Assembly (NCBI GenBank): GCA_002723345.1
Contig: PBNV01000003.1
Coordinates: 9,866 to 73,865 of the forward strand
Length of the DNA stretch: 64,000 nucleotides
Direction: 5' to 3'
Origin: Rhodospirillaceae bacterium
GTDB lineage: Bacteria > Pseudomonadota > Alphaproteobacteria > Rhodospirillales > UBA2165
Shown here: positions 43,394 through 52,019 of the stretch, piece after piece
Layout: each line of letters begins with the position of its first letter
Numbering within the stretch: position 1 is the stretch's first letter
Notes under the pieces: model-generated
The model's database searches: none
Told to the model about the DNA's origin: nothing
The model's input: only the letters and a program-made list of their open reading frames with translations
Made by a program: the position numbers and the translations under genes

Positions 43394-44497
43394 ATGTTCA
43401 AAATAGCAAAAATAGATACGTTTGGTGTTGGCCTTCCCTTGAAGGCACCCATCAAAATGTCCAGCGTGGTTATCGATATTGCCGAAAATATCATCGTTCG
43501 AATTGAAGATACCGACGGCACCGTCGGTTGGGGCGAGGCGACTGAGGCCCCCACCATGACCGGCGAGTCAGTACCTGGTATGCTGGCAGCAGTAAAATTT
43601 CTAAAGCCCCTGATGATCGGCCAGGAGATCGAAAATCTCCCTCACATACACGCAATGATGGATGACTTGATGTATGGCAACCACGGTGCCAAGTCAGCGA
43701 TCGAAATTGCGTTGCTAGATTTAGCAGGTAAGCGGGATGACAAGCCGTTGTATGAGATTTTAGGGGGTAAAGTTAGGGACGAGGCACCCATCCTCACCAT
43801 GCTAGCTGGCGGAGACCAAGACGCCGAGGTAGCAAATGCCAAAGAACAAGCTGACCAAGGTTTCGTTGCATTCAAAGTTAAAATTGGCGCACTTAGTCCC
43901 GAGAGAGACCTGGAACGGTCACGTGCTGCACGGGACGCTCTGGGCGACAAGGCTCGCATCTCCGCAGATGCCAACCAAGGATACTCCCAGGACAAAGCCC
44001 TTGTTTTTTCAAAGGGTGCCGCCGACGCTGGCCTAGATTTCATGGAGCAGTTGGTGGACTACCGAGACCTAGACGGGATGGCCGCTTGCGCACAAGCAAG
44101 CAAGGTACCGCTTGGCGCAGACGAAGGATTTCATGCCTTGAGCGACATCTATGCACACCAAGAAAAGGCAGCGGCCCATGGTGGCAGTCTAAAAACCATT
44201 AAACTTGGGGGGGCTTTCCCGGTTATGGAAGCTGGCCGGGTGATGGATGAGATGTCTATGCGTGTAAATCTAGCGGGTAAAGTTGCGGACTCAAGCATCG
44301 CAAGCGCTGCGATTGCCCATCTGGCACTGTGTTTGCCTCAGCTTGATTGGGATACGAGCATTACTAATCAATATTTAGCGGAGGATCTCGTCGAGAATCC
44401 CATTAAGATCATCGGCGGAGTAGTGCGTTTGTCGGACGCGCCAGGTCTGGGCGTGGAGCCATCCGACGCCTTACTGCAAAAATATAAAATTGCGTAG
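43394..44497 (+). CDS. mandelate racemase / muconate lactonizing enzyme family (enolase superfamily)
   Basis: 367 aa with FKVKIG, ISADANQGY and the LGADEG metal-ligand pattern. Confidence 0.85.
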   Translation: MFKIAKIDTFGVGLPLKAPIKMSSVVIDIAENIIVRIEDTDGTVGWGEATEAPTMTGESVPGMLAAVKFLKPLMIGQEIENLPHIHAMMDDLMYGNHGAKSAIEIALLDLAGKRDDKPLYEILGGKVRDEAPILTMLAGGDQDAEVANAKEQADQGFVAFKVKIGALSPERDLERSRAARDALGDKARISADANQGYSQDKALVFSKGAADAGLDFMEQLVDYRDLDGMAACAQASKVPLGADEGFHALSDIYAHQEKAAAHGGSLKTIKLGGAFPVMEAGRVMDEMSMRVNLAGKVADSSIASAAIAHLALCLPQLDWDTSITNQYLAEDLVENPIKIIGGVVRLSDAPGLGVEPSDALLQKYKIA

Positions 44498-44511
44498 AAG
44501 ATGCTGCTAAA

Positions 44512-45034
44512 TCATACGCGATTCGGGATTGAGCCCACCATCGACTTTAAAAGCCCAAAATTAGACGGGTCCATCTCTATCTCACCCTCATTGATTTGAC
44601 GGTCAATTTCTGTCACAGCCGCGTTGCAAATAACCTCGATGTCGAGTTCAGCACCCTTTGCTGCCACGAGACCATTGATCAGGTTCATCTCACTTTTTCG
44701 GCCTTTAACATCATCGTGGATGGGTGCAGTTACGCTCTCCTCTCCAGTGTGGGCTTGGAGGGTCTCCATTGCCTTAATCAGCGTGGCGTCATTGGCCTCG
44801 GCAAACTCTTCTGCGCTTAATCCGAACACCGGTTCGAGCTTGTAGCCGAGCGCGGCTCCGACGGCCATCGACTCTCGGCCGAGCCGAACCGCCAGCTCTC
44901 GCATACCTGGCAGGTCTTTGGCATCCCAATTCTTGAGACCCGTCAGCCCTATGGGACCCATAGTCATCGTGTTAGCGATTAGTTTGGTCCATTTGGCACC
45001 CTCAATATTATCCGTCTCCTCGCTCTTGTTCGGT
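44512..45034 (-). pseudogene. 2-dehydropantoate 2-reductase (PanE/ApbA)-like, C-terminal domain only
   Basis: Family-like sequence is seen only from ..ETDNIEGAKWTKLIANTMTMGP.. to the end. The Rossmann N-domain is absent. The 5' part of the track ORF (to 45156) is the antisense of an MFS remnant. Confidence 0.6.
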
Positions 45035-45290
45035 AATGCCATCAGATAGATGGTTCCTGGCCCGCTGGCGGATAGGTTTGGACGTAAGCCAGTGATTATG
45101 GGCGTGCTAATCCTGTTTATAGCCTCATCCGGGGCTACCCTTTGGGCAACCAGCATCGAGGTGCTCGTCGTGCTCCGCTTTTTTCAAGGACTGGCCCAGT
45201 CGGGTGGACGTATCCTCGCCAATGCCATCGCCCGGGATTATTTTTAAAAAGAACGGCTCGACAAATCTTTCTTACGGCATAGAATTTCGG
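45020..45290 (+). pseudogene. Bcr/CflA-type MFS transporter remnant (about TM2-TM4 only) with in-frame stops
   Basis: GPLADRFGRKPVIMGVLILFIASSGATLWATSIEVLVVLRFFQGLAQSGGRILANAIARDYF closely parallels E. coli Bcr residues around GPMADSFGRKPVV..MRFFHGL..RDIY. It is flanked by in-frame TAG (45047) and TAA (45245), with weak similarity continuing beyond both. Confidence 0.7.
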
Positions 45291-45338
45291 TGTTTAATCA
45301 ACATTAAATCGCTTGAGCAGAAGTACAGGGAACACATC

Positions 45339-46310
45339 ATGACAGACCGGAAAGTGACGCGGGACGACCTCTCGGCGGCAGCAGATAAGTTTAAGAACTG
45401 GGGCAAATGGGGCGATGATGACGAGATTGGAACGCTCAATTATACCTCTGAAGAAGACATCATTGCGGCGGCACAGCTGGTCAAGAAGGGTAAAGTCATC
45501 TCCATGGCCCTTAATTTTGACAATGCGGGACCGCAAGGTGCCAAATCCACTTACCCGTCAATGGGCCGTATCAACCCATTACACACTATGCTACGCACAG
45601 GCACAGACGCGTATTCCGGCGTGCTTGATCATCGTGGGATCCGCGCCGCTGACGACATGGTGGTAATGCCGTTACAATGCGGCACGCAGTGGGATGGCCT
45701 TGGCCACGTTTTTTATGAAGATCATATGTGGAACGGGTACGACTGCAGGGAAGTAACCTCCGCTGGGGCTCAAAAATGCGGCATCGAAAAAACCAAAAAT
45801 AAAATGGTCGGTCGCGGCGTGCTGCTCGACGTGGCTCGCTTCAAAGACGTGGACACTCTCGAAGATGGCTACGCTATCACCTGCCAGGATTTGTACGAAA
45901 CAGCAGACTCTCAGGAGATCACTGTTAATACCGGCGACTTTGTCATTGTCCGTACCGGACAAATGGAAGCCAAGCTTAGAGCCGGCACATGGGACGGTTA
46001 CCCGGGTGGGGACGCGCCGGGTTTCTCCTTCGAGACCCTTGAATGGATCCAGGATACAGAACTTGCAGGTCTGGCCTCCGACACCTGGGGATGCGAGGTG
46101 CGGCCCAATGAGAGCGTGGAGGGCATCAATCAGCCTTGGCACTGGATCACCATTCCCATCATGGGCATGACCATGGGTGAGATTTTTTATCTGAAAGACA
46201 TTGCCGAGGATTGTGCCGAAGATAAAGCCTATGAGTTCCTGTTTGTCGCACCTGCGCTGCCCATAACCGGCGCGGTAGGTTCTCCCATCAACCCACTCGC
46301 CATAAAATAA
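45339..46310 (+). CDS. cyclase family protein (kynurenine-formamidase-like metal hydrolase fold)
   Basis: Start MTDRKVTRDDL. GKWGDDDEIGTLNY and ..QCGTQWDGLGHVF.., typical of the putative cyclase family. Confidence 0.8.
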   Translation: MTDRKVTRDDLSAAADKFKNWGKWGDDDEIGTLNYTSEEDIIAAAQLVKKGKVISMALNFDNAGPQGAKSTYPSMGRINPLHTMLRTGTDAYSGVLDHRGIRAADDMVVMPLQCGTQWDGLGHVFYEDHMWNGYDCREVTSAGAQKCGIEKTKNKMVGRGVLLDVARFKDVDTLEDGYAITCQDLYETADSQEITVNTGDFVIVRTGQMEAKLRAGTWDGYPGGDAPGFSFETLEWIQDTELAGLASDTWGCEVRPNESVEGINQPWHWITIPIMGMTMGEIFYLKDIAEDCAEDKAYEFLFVAPALPITGAVGSPINPLAIK

Positions 46311-46331
46311 AAGACCAACTGGAGACACATT

Positions 46332-48008
46332 ATGAACGCGAAAACAGGCGCCGTTTATCTCGCACGGCAACTGGAAGACTATGGCGTTACCCATGTCTTT
46401 ATGGTTCCCGCCATCCTACGCCGGACACTGGTGGAGATGGAAATGCTGACCTCAATTAACCGGCTACATGTGCATTCCGAGAAGACCGCCGTCTACATGG
46501 CGGATGGGTTTGCCCGCGCCGCCGGCCGGCCGGCCATCTGCATGGCGCAGGTCATTGGGGCGCTCAATATCGCGGCGGGTCTCCGGGAACCCTTTCTCGC
46601 AAACTCGCCTGTAATCGCATTTACCGGCGGGCGCCTTCCCGAAACCAAATTTCGGCATGTCTACCAGGAGGTTGACGACGTGCCAACGTTTGAACCGGTC
46701 ACAAAATTCAACGCCACAGTAGACGACGCGAACCGTTTCCCGGACATGCTTGAACAGGCTTACCGCCATGCCGTCTCCGGTTGCCCAGGCCCTGTGCATC
46801 TCCAATTTCAGGGCAATGAAGGTCAAGTGGATTTGGGTAAAACAGACTTGGAACAGCGAGCTGAGATGCGCTTTACGCACGTGCCGCCGTTCCGGCCCCA
46901 GGGCGACCCCGCGGACATCCGTCAGGCTTTGGACATCCTACAAAATGCTGAAAAACCAGTAATTGTTGCCGGCGGCGGCGTCCGGCACTCAGGCGCGCGC
47001 GCAGAACTAACCCGTCTGGCAGAAGGACTCAACATTCCCGTCGTGACTTCCCTCAACGGGAAGGACACGTTTTTGAGCACGCATCCGCTTTCTGCTGGCG
47101 TGGTTGGGAGTTATTCCCGGGCGTCAGCCAACAGGACCATTGGGGAAGCAGACTTGGTTTGTTTTGTTGGCTCCAAGACAGGTGGTATGACAACGCATTT
47201 CTGGCAGGTGCCGGCACCCGGCATTGATGCCATCCAAATCGATATTGAACCCGCCGAAATAGGGCGTAATTACCCCCTGAAAGCAGCGGTTCAGGGCGAT
47301 GCCAAAACGGTGCTGTCTGCGATGGCGGAGATGATGGACAAAGAAACTGCTAATATACGCGATGCTTGGACGACGAGGATGCAGACAATTGCCAGCGAGT
47401 GGCAAACCGAGTACGAACCCCTGCTTACCTCTGACGATGTGCCCATCAGGCCAGAGCGCATGTGCCGTGACCTGACAGATTTCCTACCTTCAGACGCCTT
47501 CGTCGTAGTAGATACAGGTCATGCCGGAATGTGGATGGGCGGCATGTTTGACGTTTCTTCGCCGGATCAAGGATATGTTCGAAGTGCTGGGCATCTGGGC
47601 TGGGCTTTCCCGGCAGCCCTCGGCGCCAAATGTGCCCTGCCTGACCGTCCCGTGGTATGCTTCACAGGCGATGCTGGATTTTGGTACCATATCGGTGAGA
47701 TCGAAACCATGGTACGCTGGAACATCAACGCCGTGATCGTCGTGAACAATAATAGTGCCGGTAACCAGTCCAAAACCGGTTTTGACCGGGCCTACGGCGG
47801 CAAGCAGACGAAAAAGGCACGCGAGATCTGGAACTTTACTCATGTTAACTTTGCTAACGTGGCCAATGAGATCGGCGCCTTGGGTATCCGTGTGGAAAAA
47901 CCGGGTGACTTTAAGTCCGCGCTTGATCAGGGCCTTAGCGCAGGTCGACCTGTCGTTATTGACGTGGTCACAGACGTTGATGCAATTGCTCCCGTAGCAG
48001 TGATTTAG
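46332..48008 (+). CDS. thiamine-diphosphate-dependent enzyme (acetolactate-synthase-like)
   Basis: 558 aa with the ThDP motif GDAGFWYHIGEIETMVRWNINAVIVVNNN. Confidence 0.85.
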   Translation: MNAKTGAVYLARQLEDYGVTHVFMVPAILRRTLVEMEMLTSINRLHVHSEKTAVYMADGFARAAGRPAICMAQVIGALNIAAGLREPFLANSPVIAFTGGRLPETKFRHVYQEVDDVPTFEPVTKFNATVDDANRFPDMLEQAYRHAVSGCPGPVHLQFQGNEGQVDLGKTDLEQRAEMRFTHVPPFRPQGDPADIRQALDILQNAEKPVIVAGGGVRHSGARAELTRLAEGLNIPVVTSLNGKDTFLSTHPLSAGVVGSYSRASANRTIGEADLVCFVGSKTGGMTTHFWQVPAPGIDAIQIDIEPAEIGRNYPLKAAVQGDAKTVLSAMAEMMDKETANIRDAWTTRMQTIASEWQTEYEPLLTSDDVPIRPERMCRDLTDFLPSDAFVVVDTGHAGMWMGGMFDVSSPDQGYVRSAGHLGWAFPAALGAKCALPDRPVVCFTGDAGFWYHIGEIETMVRWNINAVIVVNNNSAGNQSKTGFDRAYGGKQTKKAREIWNFTHVNFANVANEIGALGIRVEKPGDFKSALDQGLSAGRPVVIDVVTDVDAIAPVAVI

Positions 48009-48155
48009 AGGGTGTCTACCTGACAGGCCCGAAAACACCAAAAATTGAAGGCTTGGCAACCTCTGCGCCACGAATACGCAACTCAATTAGCCGACTGTCC
48101 GGCGGGAAGTTAGAGGCCCAGCAGCGACACCCTCGTCCGGCCGCTCAAAATGCGA

Positions 48156-48770
48156 TTAGAGCTCTGCGCCGGTTAGAAACACATCCGCAATGGCAGTGGA
48201 CGTGCGGTCGAGACTGACATCATCCCCTACAAAGTATTGCGCGACGTTACACTGCGTTATCAGCATCAAGGCTGCAAGCTCACAGTCCAAGTCGGGCTTA
48301 AGATCGCCTGCCGACACCCCGCTCTCCAATAGCAGACGGAACAACTTGTCATATTCCCCAATAAGACGACCCAGCTCATGGCGGCGCTCGGCGGGTAAAT
48401 AGCGGCGCTCCCGTTGGAAAGATTTAACGTAATTGGGGATAGTGCGTACTGGTTCGATATGAGCCCGGATGGCATCACGGATTTTATTCCGAGTCGCCCC
48501 TGTACCATCCATAATCGCTTGCAAACGCTCTAAGTATCCAGCTGTTCCGATGCGGCAAATTTCCTCGAGCGCTTCGTCCTTTGACGCGAAGTAATAGTAT
48601 AAACTGGGCTGAGCGACCCCTAATTCGCCAGCTATGTCTGTGGTGGAGGCACCATGATATCCTTTGCGCGCGATCACAGCTGCAGCTGCATCAAGAACTT
48701 CCTGTTGGCGCCGCAGGTATTTTGTCTTTTTTTCCTTTTTCAGGAGCGGTAGATGGCCTCCTTCTGGCAT
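48156..48770 (-). CDS. TetR/AcrR family transcriptional regulator
   Basis: 204 aa with the HTH GYHGASTTDIAGELGVAQPSLYYYFASK. Confidence 0.88.
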   Translation of the reverse strand: MPEGGHLPLLKKEKKTKYLRRQQEVLDAAAAVIARKGYHGASTTDIAGELGVAQPSLYYYFASKDEALEEICRIGTAGYLERLQAIMDGTGATRNKIRDAIRAHIEPVRTIPNYVKSFQRERRYLPAERRHELGRLIGEYDKLFRLLLESGVSAGDLKPDLDCELAALMLITQCNVAQYFVGDDVSLDRTSTAIADVFLTGAEL

Positions 48771-48774
48771 CTGC

Positions 48775-50721
48775 CTAGATCTCCAATAGCGCCGCTAATT
48801 TACCTTTGATCACCTTGCGGGTTGGCGTCAAAGGCATGTCTTCGATTATCTCTAGTCTTTCAGGCCATTTGTTTTTGGAAACATTTTGCTTCGCAAGAAA
48901 CGCTGTTATCTCGTCAAGGTCTATTGTTGCCCCTTTAACCGGCTGAATGAAACAGCAAGCCCGTTCACCCAATTTTTCGTCTTTCATAGGAACAATAGCC
49001 GTCATGGAAACCTTGGGATGGGTAAAAATTATTTCTTCAATGTCAGCGGGGTTATACTTTACTCCGCCACGGTTAATGATGTCTTTGCTGCGACCAGTGA
49101 TGGTGAGATTTCCTTGGTCATCAATAGTGGCTAGGTCCCCGGTCCGGAACCAGCCCTCGCTGGTAAATGCCTCGGCATTGGCGTCGGGATTATTTAAGTA
49201 GCCCGGGAAAACTGATGCACCCCGAACCTGTAACTCGCCCTCTACATCTGCGGCGAGTGACGCTCCGGTCTCCGGCGAAACTACACGCACCTCATTGCCC
49301 GGCGCGGCAGGACCAGCGGAACGGGTTGCAATTTCGACACTCATTGTTGGGCGCGAAAACGTACCGGCAGCTAGCTCGGTCATTCCCCAAAGCTGGCATA
49401 TCGTGCTACCTGTTTGTTCACCCCAATATCTCAGCACATCAGGAGGGCAATAGGCACCAGAAAATACGGAATATTTTACAGAAGAAAAATCATGTTTCTG
49501 GAGAATATCCGTACCCTTAAAAGCGGACGCATGGGCCGGTCCCATAAAGATCGCGGTAGGTTTTGTGGCATCCACCATGCGGGCCAGGTCGGGCGGCGAA
49601 AAAGCCGGCAGCATCACCATGGCAGCACCGGCAGCGAAGGCACAATTGATGTTATAAAGACCGTAAAGATGGCTAAGTGACGCGGCAGACAACACTCGGT
49701 CGTGTTCTGTCATCTCGAATTCAGGCGCACAAAGCCGGCCATGGCCCAGCATGTTCTGATAGGTAAGCGGCACACCCTTGGGATTTGAAGTGGTACCAGA
49801 AGTGTATAAAAGAAGATAAGGATCGGATCCGACCGGCGGATTACCGATGCTTGGTTTGCCCTCCTGCAAAAGGCTGCGGAAGGTCACTGCTCCCTCAGGG
49901 GCTTCCGAGCCTAGAACAATCACATCTTTCAACGTGGTGGAACTAGCTTTGAGCTCAGTCATCACCTGCGCTGTCGGAAACTCCTTAAACGCAGGCAGGC
50001 AGACAATTGCGCGGGCCCGGGAATGATTAAGAAAAAATTCAATATCCGTCTTACCATAAGGCATGTGGATGGTTTGCATAACACCACCTAATGCCGAAAT
50101 CGCCACATGGGCGATCATAAATTCAGGAATATTGGGAAGCTGTACCGCCACTACATCACCTTTCATTATACCCAGCCCCATCAGGCCATTGGTGAGCTGA
50201 TCGACCCTATCTTTGAAGTCGGCCCAGGTAATGATACCGGTCTCTGTAATTAAGGCGGGCCCGTCTGGGCGCACCGCCGCGTGGTCATCCAGCCACTGGA
50301 TTAACGTGTCATTTTTCCAGTAGCCTTGTTCCAAGTAATGCTTAGCGCGTTCCGGATTAAAAGTCAGAGCCTCTCTTAACGCCATGTTTTCTTTCCTAAT
50401 TTTTAGCCGTTCTGCGGGATGCTGATATTCGTCCGCTTTCCAGCGTTTACCGCCACCGAGATGAAAAAGCCTGCGATGTAAATCAATTCGGTGATATTTA
50501 CGTTCAACAAAAACACGGACGACCCCCACCTGTTCCGGCAACAACCCAATTCGTGTGGCAATTTCATCATCTGTTAATCCGGTGGTTTCCCTTTGTTTTT
50601 CGATTTCGTCGAAATTAAGTTCCCTAACAGCATCACCTCTTCGGCTCTGCTTGTTGAGACTGAGCTTAAAGATGATCTCGCCATAAGTGTCGATCATTTG
50701 TTGGGTTACACCATAAGACAT
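48775..50721 (-). CDS. adenylate-forming acyl/aryl-CoA ligase with about 115-aa N-terminal extension of unknown function
   Basis: 648 aa. AMP-binding motifs LLYTSGTTSNPKGV, TGDLA and GRSKDIINRGG(V)K. The canonical domain begins near ERAKHYLEQGYW. The preceding 115 aa are open in the same frame. Confidence 0.85.
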   Translation of the reverse strand: MSYGVTQQMIDTYGEIIFKLSLNKQSRRGDAVRELNFDEIEKQRETTGLTDDEIATRIGLLPEQVGVVRVFVERKYHRIDLHRRLFHLGGGKRWKADEYQHPAERLKIRKENMALREALTFNPERAKHYLEQGYWKNDTLIQWLDDHAAVRPDGPALITETGIITWADFKDRVDQLTNGLMGLGIMKGDVVAVQLPNIPEFMIAHVAISALGGVMQTIHMPYGKTDIEFFLNHSRARAIVCLPAFKEFPTAQVMTELKASSTTLKDVIVLGSEAPEGAVTFRSLLQEGKPSIGNPPVGSDPYLLLYTSGTTSNPKGVPLTYQNMLGHGRLCAPEFEMTEHDRVLSAASLSHLYGLYNINCAFAAGAAMVMLPAFSPPDLARMVDATKPTAIFMGPAHASAFKGTDILQKHDFSSVKYSVFSGAYCPPDVLRYWGEQTGSTICQLWGMTELAAGTFSRPTMSVEIATRSAGPAAPGNEVRVVSPETGASLAADVEGELQVRGASVFPGYLNNPDANAEAFTSEGWFRTGDLATIDDQGNLTITGRSKDIINRGGVKYNPADIEEIIFTHPKVSMTAIVPMKDEKLGERACCFIQPVKGATIDLDEITAFLAKQNVSKNKWPERLEIIEDMPLTPTRKVIKGKLAALLEI

Positions 50722-50724
50722 GGG

Positions 50725-51684
50725 TCAACTCTTCGGTCCAACGGAAGCGCCCTGCTCTGCGAGGGCCTGGGCTTCTGCCTCCATCACCTTTTGCCGCATA
50801 CCACCCTTACGTGCGACCGCTGTTGCCATGACGGAAGATTGGGTGATCGGACAGACGCGCATGCACTCATAACAGAGACTGAGCAATTCTCCCGCTCCGA
50901 TCGAGAGCTTGTACCAAATCATTTGATTTTCGGGAGAATGAACGGCCATGCCCCGCTCAATTGGATCTTTAGCATCCATCATGTCCAGCAGCACGTTGGG
51001 GATTGCCTCATATTGCTGGGACATGGCAGCGCAGGCATGCGAGTCATAATGCATTTCCGCCAGTTTGCCGTTCTCATCAACGGAACCAGAGAGGCAGTCC
51101 ACCGGACAGAAACGCATACAGGGGGTCTGACCGGATTTTTCATAGAGTTTTACGCAAGACGGATGTGGACATGGATTTTCTGCCATTGGAGCATCAGGAG
51201 GTAGTTCCATCTCTGTAAAGACCGAAGCGTAGTACATCATTCCGAATTCCGGATGAAGCAAAATATCGCCGGCCATGGACCTCGCGCCGATCCCGGCCAG
51301 TTCAGCATGAAGCTTAAGACTTTGCATCGGCGTCCGGGCACCTTTTTCAGGATCCATGTCTGGAGGACAAAATATCGCTCGTTTCTGATATTTTTTTTCA
51401 ATGAAAAAAGCCAAGCCATAGGCCGCCTTATAAGCTGCGGTCTCTGTGTCCCCGATATAAGCCAGCGTTCGAGCGTCGGCTGCCCAAGCGCCTTGGGTCC
51501 CGCCACCAACGCCAATGGAAATTACCGACTTAGCACGGGGAAAAATGTCCCGAGGGCCGTAGCCTGGCGGAGCAATCTTCTCAACCAGATCCACGTCTAC
51601 AACACCAAACGCCAAAACACCCTTTTTCTGCGTGTAGGCACGCATGGCTTCCTTAGCTTCGCCAGGATCAATTGTTACACTCAT
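50725..51684 (-). CDS. Cys-rich putative Fe-S protein (QueG/reductive-dehalogenase-like ferredoxin motifs)
   Basis: 319 aa with CPHPSCVKLYEKSGQTPCMRFCPVDC and LCYECMRVCP (CxxCxxxCP). The family assignment is tentative. Confidence 0.6.
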   Translation of the reverse strand: MSVTIDPGEAKEAMRAYTQKKGVLAFGVVDVDLVEKIAPPGYGPRDIFPRAKSVISIGVGGGTQGAWAADARTLAYIGDTETAAYKAAYGLAFFIEKKYQKRAIFCPPDMDPEKGARTPMQSLKLHAELAGIGARSMAGDILLHPEFGMMYYASVFTEMELPPDAPMAENPCPHPSCVKLYEKSGQTPCMRFCPVDCLSGSVDENGKLAEMHYDSHACAAMSQQYEAIPNVLLDMMDAKDPIERGMAVHSPENQMIWYKLSIGAGELLSLCYECMRVCPITQSSVMATAVARKGGMRQKVMEAEAQALAEQGASVGPKS

Positions 51685-52019
51685 AACCGCTTTCCTCCTA
51701 GGTGAAACGAATTATAAGCATCGAGGGTATATTTTCAATAAATCTATAGAATTTTAAAATTCCTAATGCCTTTGGGGCAAAAAACACAATATCTCTTGCT
51801 AAATGCTGGTTGAACTCGACTCACATTCCAAAATAATGGTCGACTATTGTAATCATGGTATGGCGGAATTAGCGGGAAAATATAATCAATACGTGGGCTC
51901 GATAGTAAATGCTCGTAACTGCTAAAGAGTTACTTTGATCTTTAACAGTTAGACGTTAGTCTCTTTAGATTCCCATTATTATGGGATCAAATAGTTCAGA
52001 GCATCTCCGGAAATGATTG

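Noticed and set aside
44512-45156. Treating the 214-aa ORF as an intact gene
   Set aside because: Its first ~36 codons are the reverse complement of an MFS remnant, and only the C-terminal domain resembles ketopantoate reductase. It is called as a fragment instead.
45672-46394. 240-aa minus-strand ORF
   Set aside because: It is antisense to the cyclase-family gene, which has clear family motifs. It has no motif of its own and spans the cyclase/ThDP junction.
47490-48086. 198-aa minus-strand ORF; similar cases at 50593-51204 (+), 10676-11194 (+), 6909-7418 (-), 35749-36228 (-) and 36849-37349 (+)
   Set aside because: Each is an opposite-strand or out-of-frame shadow of a gene with strong family signatures. 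None has start-codon or RBS support.
48008-48134. 9-bp arms GAGGGTGTC ... GACACCCTC, 109 nt apart, in the convergent gap after the ThDP gene
   Set aside because: With free spacing up to ~200 nt, dozens of such pairs are expected by chance. I could not see any compensatory internal structure by eye.
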